Positions 55,929 to 64,000 of a stretch of DNA of 64,000 nt are shown in pieces (position 1 is the stretch's first letter; every line of letters starts with the position of its first letter). The position numbers and the translations under genes are program-made. The stretch comes from Octopus vulgaris (lineage: Eukaryota): contig OX597834.1 of the NCBI GenBank assembly GCA_951406725.2, forward strand, positions 44,826,001-44,890,000, written 5' to 3'. The notes under the pieces were generated by a model. The model did not search any database. It had not been told where the DNA came from and saw only the letters and a list, made by a program, of their open reading frames with translations.

Positions 55929-57889
55929 GTGCGCCAGCGTGAACAAATATCTATATAAACACTTATATCTGTGGGTGTGAATGAAAAGAAGAACAGAGAT
56001 GGGATTAAAAAATTCACCACAGCTGTTTCAGCTGCATTATATTCATTAATTCTTGCATCACACCATGACAAATATCCGCCATCTTCAGGTGATTTTAACC
56101 CACCAAGCATGTTTCCTCTCTCTTTGATTAAAGCATTTTGAAAACGGTGGACCTTTGTTAGGATATGATAGAAGTATTCATGAATACAATTATGCGGAAA
56201 CAGTATTTTTTAAATTTTAAACACCATTTGTGTTCTTTTATTTATACGATAAACTTGGAACCGTCAATCGCTTAGATCTACATATCGTATTGAATCTCGG
56301 GCCTATATATGTAAATTTGCATTTCACTATGTGTGTTTATATTCGGATGGACGTGGAGATATATACCCGCAGTACAGAACGAGGGAACAAGTGAATATTG
56401 CAACCCCACTGCCCGGGGTTTACGGGCGTTTTCCTGGGGTTTACACGTTGAAATACCTAAACTCTACGAATCCTGCGATTAAATATAAATATAGAGTATA
56501 AGATTTGACAGTCTACTCCAAGATTCACTCGTCGATGTGCTGCTTCCAAACGTTCTGAACAGCTCATCTATATATGAAATTCAGAGTGGGCCCTCAGTTG
56601 AGTGATTATATACACCCGCTGGAAGAAACAGAGATCATGCCATATATTGTTTGCACTATGCAAAATATATTATTGTTATATTGTTGTTCTGTTACATTAT
56701 TGACCCCCATTCTTCTCTTTCGTTTTTATACTCCATCTCTATTTAGACGAAACGTGTTGTCAGCACACATCGCAATGCGTATTCATTTATATTGTCATGA
56801 ATACATTTTAAATTCATGTTATTTTCTCGTAGCCCGATTTATTTTTAATTAAAAAATGTTCTACATATGAATATTCTTTGTTTAACCATCATAAAATACA
56901 TCCAGGGTATTTAAAAGCTCGATTATTAACACATCGTTAAACACTAATATATTAATACGATGTAATGAATATTGATGGAATAAACACGAATGCGGATACG
57001 GAATCGGTAGAAACGCTACTTGAGAGTAACTCATTTAAAGCAACAAACGCATTTGTTTTCTCATCTCAACGTTTGCGTATATGTATGTGTGTGTTTGTGT
57101 GTGTGTGTGAGTGTACGTATATATGTATAAATGTATGTGTATATGTGCATGCCTGTATGTATACGCGTATATGTGTATGTGTGAGTGAGTAAGTGAGTGA
57201 GTGTGTGTATGTGTGTGTAATATATCGGTTTGAATCTATTTCAGCGATATTTAAATTTTCATCTGTTTCGTGTTCTACAGTTAAAAACCATTTGTGTTTA
57301 CATTTGTCGAAGTAAACATTATATATATATATATGTGTGTGTGTGTGTATGTATGTATATATATACATACATATATATTGGGTGGGTGTATGTTAGTGTG
57401 TGTATATGTGTGTGTGTCTCTCTCTGTCTGTGAATCTGAGTTCATGAATGTACATGTATGAACGTACGTATCCCAAATTTCAAAAACAGATGGAAATCCA
57501 ACAGGTTCACAGTACATCGACACATGATATATTTGTTATGTTACTGAAAAAGAACCGTCCTAAATAGCGTCACATTTAAAAATGTACTATGACATGTGCA
57601 CAGGCACGTGATATTTTTCATGCCGTCAGCGCCGTATCCGAGAGGAAACAACATGGGCCTTATGTGAATAATGCTGTTGTCAACTAAATATTAGTACATT
57701 CGTGCATATTTTCGTATACTTCGTAAACAACTTGACGAATATCCGGTAATAAGTACCCCGCTGTGTGTTTACGTTCGTATGACGTAATTTTATCCTGTGT
57801 AGGAAAACTCCGGGTTAAAGCGTTACACAGATTATGCCTAGAAATAAGAACATAATGCGATACTTTGTTTTTAACTTTTCATTCGCAAC

Positions 57890-58045
57890 TAAGCGTGACT
57901 GTGTGGTAAGGAGCTAGATTCCCGACCACATGGTTTCCGGTTCAGTCCTACTCCGTTGAACACTGGCCAAGTGTCTTCTACTACAGCATCGGGGCTATCA
58001 AATCCTCTGAAGTGTTAGACGGAAACTGGAAGAAACCCGTTATAT
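57890..58045 (+). mobile_element. SINE family A, diverged
   Basis: GCGTGACTGTGTGGTAAG..CAAGTGTCTTCTACTACAGC..GACGGAAACTGGAAGAAACCCGT. Confidence 0.7.
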
Positions 58046-58088
58046 ATACATGTGTATGTGTGTGTATGTATCAATGCACGTACGTATG

Positions 58089-58121
<33 letters not shown>

Positions 58122-58136
58122 TTGTATGTATGTATG

Positions 58137-58209
<73 letters not shown>

Positions 58210-59584
58210 GGGAATATGATTCCAAACTTAGAGGGAAAAATATAATTTAGTAAAACTAAATCAAATTTAATAATATATAATATACTAATTATATACTATT
58301 TTTTTTTATCATTTTGTACTTTATTTAGTTCTAGGTAAATGTTTTATCGTATAATTAATTTTTTCTACACAGTATGATTTAATTATATCATTGTTGAATT
58401 GTGTGTATGTGCGTGTGTGTGTATGTATGCATTTGTGTGAGAGTGTATTAGCGATACAAGCAGTATTTATACCGAAAGACAATCTTTATATCCAACTAAA
58501 CGAGTATGTTTTAATATTACATATGTATATCTCTCTACCCATGCCTCTCTCACACTGTTTCTCTATCTTTCTCATTTTCTGTCTGTCTGTTTATCTATCT
58601 GTCTATCCATCTATCCATCAAGTTGTCACGTTTGCTAAATAATATTTTGTGTTACTATATCACTCAAAGCCAGTACTTCAAATAATCAAGTTATAATCGC
58701 AATCAAACTCACAGACATGCAAAATAAAGCGAAAGAAACCAAGTAAAATGTTAGAAGCATATAACAAATTCTAACAATAAAACAAATTACTGATTAATTA
58801 ACAATTTAGTAAAATTTAAGTATTCTTCCATGCAATATAAAAATGAAATGAATTTTTGAAAATGTTTTTTAAATTTACATTACGAATGAAGTGTGTGTGT
58901 GTGTGTGATAAGTTGATAGTGCCTGCAGTATGATGCAATTAATGATTAGATTAGGGGGATAAAAACTGAATCTGTAGAAAGTATAATGTAAGGGTTAATA
59001 ATGTCATTAATAAGTTACAGATACACATATACTTATACACGTACATACTTGGACACATACGTAGATATTCATACTGACTCAAACATACTACATAAATATA
59101 GAGACGTACTAATACGCATACACACTCAGAATAAATCTCCCCTTAAACTCTCAAAAGGACAATTTAACAGTTGAAGTAATAATAGCAATTATTTCTTTCA
59201 TTTGCCACAAGGGCTTACATAGAATAACATTAAATGACATGCAACAACATAAAAGACAAAAACTGGACGATACAATGGGTTTTACGGTGTGTAAAAAAAA
59301 TGAATAAAAAACAAAATTAAACAAATTAAAACTTCCAATAGGGGAGGCGCTTTAAGGTCCTCGTGAAAAATCTACAAAATCCACGGGTGCCTGATCAACA
59401 GAGCAAGGGCCCTGCTCCTTTAATTTTTTCCACACTGGCCATTCTTCCAACATTTCAACAACAAAAACAAGACACAAATGCAGCAATTTTCTTCTTAAAA
59501 CCGCCAATCTACATCCACACATCGGTGCCAAAATTAAGACTCACACTCTCAAACATATACACACACCCAAACACACACGTATAG

Positions 59585-59805
59585 AAAATAGAAAACTACC
59601 CGAATCTTGCCGTTGAATTACAGAGACTACGGAAAGTACAGGTAAAATGTACCCCTGTAGTTATAGGTGTATTAGGAATTATTCCTTAAGATTTGAAGTG
59701 ATGGACGGAGGAAATAGATATAAAACCTAGTTTAGAACATCCCCAGCAAACAGTGTTATTAAAAACAACAACTAGAATAATTAGGAGGATTCTCGTCATG
59801 TAATG
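59585..59805 (+). mobile_element. R4/Dong-like LINE 3' fragment
   Basis: ELQRLRKVQVKCTPVVIGVLGII..; paralogous to 60900-61102. Confidence 0.75.
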
Positions 59806-59882
59806 CTAATTGTTGTAGCCCGATATTACAAGTATTTCTTTGCCCAACAGAATAATCTGTTGTGCGTTTATGAGATAACAGT

Positions 59883-60095
59883 AAGGCGGCGAACTGGCAG
59901 AAACGTTAGCATGTCGGACGAAATGCTTAGCGGTATTTCGTCTGTCTTTACGTTCGGAGTTCAAATTCCACCGAGGTCGACTTTACTTTTCATCCTTTCG
60001 GGGTCGATAAGTTAACTACCAGTTGCGTACTGGGTCGATCTAATCGACTGCCCCACCCTCCTCAAAATTTCGGGCTTTGTTCCTAGAGTAGAAAA
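59883..60095 (+). mobile_element. SINE family B, monomeric form
   Basis: AAGGCGGCGAACTGGCAGAAACGTTAGC..single GAGTTCAAATTCC module..CTAGAGTAGAAAAG. Confidence 0.85.
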
Positions 60096-60142
60096 GTATA
60101 TAAGACAACAGTACTGATGATGATGATGATGATAATAATACC

Positions 60143-60197
<55 letters not shown>

Positions 60198-60199
60198 GT

Positions 60200-61130
60200 G
60201 AATCTAGTGAAGTTTGTAAATCTAGTCCAAATCTAGTGGAAGCTATAAATACATGCTCAGCAGCTTTTGTAGATTTTAGAAAAATTGCAATAGCAAAGCT
60301 AACAGAGGAACTAGCAAGGACTTCAATATGAATGGAGGAAGCCACTCAAGGGCAGGAATAGCAAGATTACACCTACCTAGAAAGCAAGGGAGAATACGGT
60401 TAATATCAGTAGAAGACTGCATTGAGTTTGCTTGAATGGATATAGACTCTTAGGTAACAGTGATGATAGTTTATTAAAAAGTACTAGAATCACAGCAAGA
60501 CTTAGGGAAACTAAAATACCAAACGAACTTAAAAACCAGAAAAAAGAACACAAATTATCAGAGTGGCAGGTCAAGCGTTACTCATATAGTAAGTGAATGT
60601 ATCCTGCAGGCACAGAAAGAATGCATGAAAATGTGACAACATAGGGAGAATAATCCACTGTGAGTTATGTAGAAAGCTACGATTTGAACATACTAATATA
60701 TGGTATGAACATAAACCTGAGTAAAGGACAAGAAAGTAAGAGATACAAGATATCGTGGGACATTAACATACAGACTGACAGAGTTATGGAAGCTAGAAGG
60801 CCTGATTTGGTAGCAGAAGATAATGAGATATAAAAGGGCCAGTTAATTGACTTTACAGTCTCAAATGATGAAAACATTAATACGGAGAGTTTAGAAAAAA
60901 CAGCAAAGTATCAGGACCTAGATATTGAATTACAGAGACTATGGAAGGTGCGGGTAAAATGTACCCCAGTTGTTATAGGTGCATTGGGAACTATCCCTAA
61001 ATATTTGAGCAGATGGATATAGGAAAGAGACATAAAACCCAGTTTTGTACAACAGTGTTATTAGGGACAGCTGGGATGCTTAGGAGGGTTCTTGGCATCT
61101 AAGGTTACTTGTTGTAGTATGGTAACAGAA
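60200..61130 (+). mobile_element. R4/Dong-like (RLE) LINE remnant
   Basis: LVEAINT, RLHLPRKQGRIRLISVEDC, WDINIQTDRVMEARRPDLV, LIDFTV..KYQDLDIELQRLWKV..PVVIGALGTIPK..LGTAGMLRRVLGI* (stop 61100-61102). Confidence 0.85.
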
Positions 61131-61523
61131 TGCTTGGCACTCTTAGAAAGATAAAAGAAATATAATATATGATTGTTGTGATGATTGCAGTGCCTTTAAT
61201 ACTACGTCTAGAGGATTAGAAATGTCCAGGGATTAAAATCAACGAGGATCACATCACTGAAAGTGATTTTTTCGAAGTGATTTTTTCAGAATCCCAAGCG
61301 AAAAGTTACAAACACGAACCCCGTTGCCGAAGTTAAAATATATTGTCTGACTATCTAATTGTAGATATTGTCGTTGATTTGCCATTCCTCAATTTTGTGG
61401 GCGTGGTAAAGTAAGTAGGGCCGTGTTTTACTTATTGTACGCAAATAATATGTGTCGACAATATTTTTTTAAATTACATATATATTTTCTGTTTTCGTAT
61501 TAGCTGTGTAAGGCAAATCTTTG

Positions 61524-61628
61524 AAAGTTACACATATCTTCTCTTAACGTTTTAGCAGGGTAAGCTAAACCTGTAAAAGTTACATACACCTTCTCTTTAC
61601 ATTTTAGCATTGTAAGCTAAACCTTTAA
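61524..61628. repeat. ~52-bp tandem duplication
   Basis: AAAGTTACA..CTTCTCTT..TTTTAGCA..GTAAGCTAAACCT occurs twice. Confidence 0.8.
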
Positions 61629-62630
61629 ACCGAATCATATACAGAGAAATACAGTTCTAACCATGTATTGCAGTTCTATTTACTCATTGTAATTCCATGC
61701 CAACTTAAACTGATCCGAACTTAAGCCCTTCAGGGCTTTACTGAATAAATCTTTTCAAAATAGACGCACAACTATTTTCTTGAAATTTTCTCTACGGGGA
61801 AAGTGTGTCAATCATATTTGAAACAGCACTGTAAATATTATTTCAAGCTTTACCCCAACTATGATCGATATTCATAGAATAAAACACCTTAAGGGGATTT
61901 GTAATGTGGCTTTTGTCTGCTGCAAACCATATTCGATTATCGGATATATTGCTTTGCATACGAGGCGGTTTAAAGATTTAGTTGAAACTACAAAAAAATG
62001 TAATAAGAAGCGCTATGAGATTTTTTAAAATTTTCTCCTGACACAAACCATTTGCGAATAACGAAGAAAACATGCTCCTCCCCCACCTTATCTTTCCAAA
62101 CCCACAAAATGGAGAAACGATTATAACATTTAATTAAATATGTGATACGTTTGTCTGCAAGTAATTTAAGACCCAAAGAAAGATGGAAGCATATAAAAAG
62201 TACACAATAACATCAGATAAGAAATATTTCGAAAATACAACGCAAAAATGCTAATTGAACGGTAATGAAATAACAGTACAAAATGAAAAAAATACACACA
62301 AAAAAAAGATAATAACTACTAAACCAAAGACAAACCTAATCCCAAATCAAAATCAAAAACACTATCCATCCATTTGTGCGCGCGTATTATTTTAATTAAA
62401 TGCCATAATGAAACTACATAATTACTTCGACGTTGGGTTAATTGATATTATTTCCGAAGCAAAATGGATGTAATTGTTAAAATATGGCCTTGCTAAAACC
62501 GATAGATTAGGAATAAGGAATTCGATCTCTTCTGACTGTGAGTTATTGATATCCAGTTTTATGATAACGAGAAAGATTAATACAAGAAAAAGACAAGATG
62601 AGGATGATGATGGTGATGATGATGATGATG

Positions 62631-62703
<73 letters not shown>

Positions 62704-62719
62704 TGATGATTTCAATTTT

Positions 62720-62917
62720 CTGCTAAAAGTGCAGCTTGGGGGAGGGGATAATGTCGATTACATCGACCCCCGTGTGTGACTGGAACTTATGTAATCGACC
62801 CCGAAAGGATGAAAGGCAAATTCGACCTCCGTATAATTTTAACTCAGGACATAGCGACGGGCGAAACACCGCTAAGCACTTGGTCCAGCGCGATAACGAT
62901 TCTGTCAGCTCACCGCC

Positions 62918-62919
<2 letters not shown>
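62720..62919 (-). mobile_element. SINE family B, inserted in (TAA)n
   Basis: TCGACCCCGAAAGGATGAAAGGCAAA..CAGCTCACCGCCTT. Confidence 0.8.
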
Positions 62920-62984
<65 letters not shown>

Positions 62985-63495
62985 CAACAACAATACTAAC
63001 ATCGCTACACAATCATGAAATTAAAAACGGTAACGGCTCAATTTTTAAATATTTCATCGTTATTACGTTGTGTGAAACAGAAAAATTAACAGCTTTGCCA
63101 GAATGCATGACGTCACCTGTTGCTATGTAGAATTATGTTAGATGTTTTTAGGTTCTGATTTCAAATTCTGAGAGTTCGACATTGCATTTTTGTTCATGCG
63201 GGCTCAACACTATCACTCAAAGGGTGAACTGAAGTATCCTTAGAACATCAGGCAAAACGTTTTGCGGCATTTCATCCGCCTTTGCTTTCTGAGTTTATAT
63301 TCCCACAAAGTTCAAATTTGCATTCCATCCTGTCTGGGTCGATAAAAGAAATTGCGGTAATCGGGGTTGATGTAATCGATTTACCCCTATCTAAACAAAT
63401 GTTGGCCTTGTGCCAAAATTTCAAGCAAATGTAATTACCATTCATGTACTTCATGTACTTTTCTAAGAATTTCTCTTGCACCAAGAAAGAAGCTA

Positions 63496-64000
63496 CAGGA
63501 GTTGGACAAAATTATAGAAACACCTTAAAATTTCAAATAAATTCATTTTAATATAGAGTAGGATTACCTTTGGCAGTACTTACAGCTTAGATTCTAAAAG
63601 GTATGGACTCCTACAAAGTTTGAATTAATTCCAAAGGAATTTTTGTCCATTCTTCAGTTCTTGTAGTGATGATGGCGGATATCGACTCCTTACTTGTTTT
63701 TCTAAAATGCACCACAAATGTTCAATAATATTGAGATCCGGGGACTGTGGTGGCCAGATAAAATGTTCAACTTTACTAGAAAGTTCCTTGCACCATTCAG
63801 TAACAATTTTAGCTGTGTGAATTGGTGCATTATCATCCTGAAAGGTTGCGTTTACTTCCAGAAACAGTTCCGCAAACATAGAATGAATTTGCTCAGACAA
63901 AATGCTTAAATAGTCTTCACTATTAATTCTGCTATCAAGGGAAACTATTGGACCGACGGATTTCCAAGCTATAGCCCCCACCCCAGAAAATCACGGATCC
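63496..64000 (-). mobile_element. Tc1-like transposon with DD36E spacing, runs off the window end
   Basis: TIR-like TA-CAGGAGTTGGACAAAATTATAGAAACACC; minus-strand FQDDNAPIHTAK..WPPQSPDLNIIEHLW with 36 residues between D and E. Confidence 0.85.

Noticed and set aside
63625-63981. Transposase ORF as a functional gene
   Set aside because: The C-terminus appears frameshifted or truncated, and the N-terminus is outside the window.

Overview
This is AT-rich eukaryotic non-genic DNA, dense in microsatellites ((TA)n, (CA)n, (TAA)n, (GAT)n, (CTT)n). The SINE families and repeat density look like Octopus/coleoid cephalopod DNA (inference from recall, not a search). I find no intact host gene; almost all ORF-track entries are translated simple repeats. 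The unique-looking stretches are mostly decayed mobile elements. These include at least four tRNA-derived SINE families and Tc1/mariner remnants of several catalytic classes (maT-like, DD37E/TRT with ~300-bp TIRs, DD34D mariner, DD36E). They also include non-LTR retrotransposon remnants (CR1/L2-like, RTE, R4/Dong-like, Hero-like) and a Penelope-like GIY-YIG fragment. The most notable signal is a set of short, sequence-unrelated elements inside (TA)n tracts that carry minimal type I hammerhead ribozyme (HHR) motifs with palindromic stem III. Several are arranged as fold-back palindromes, and the best one, at 10877-10933, has a complete core. Other oddities are an RTE copy flanked by ~170-bp direct repeats, a templated insertion copied from neighbouring DNA, and recurrent fold-back duplications.
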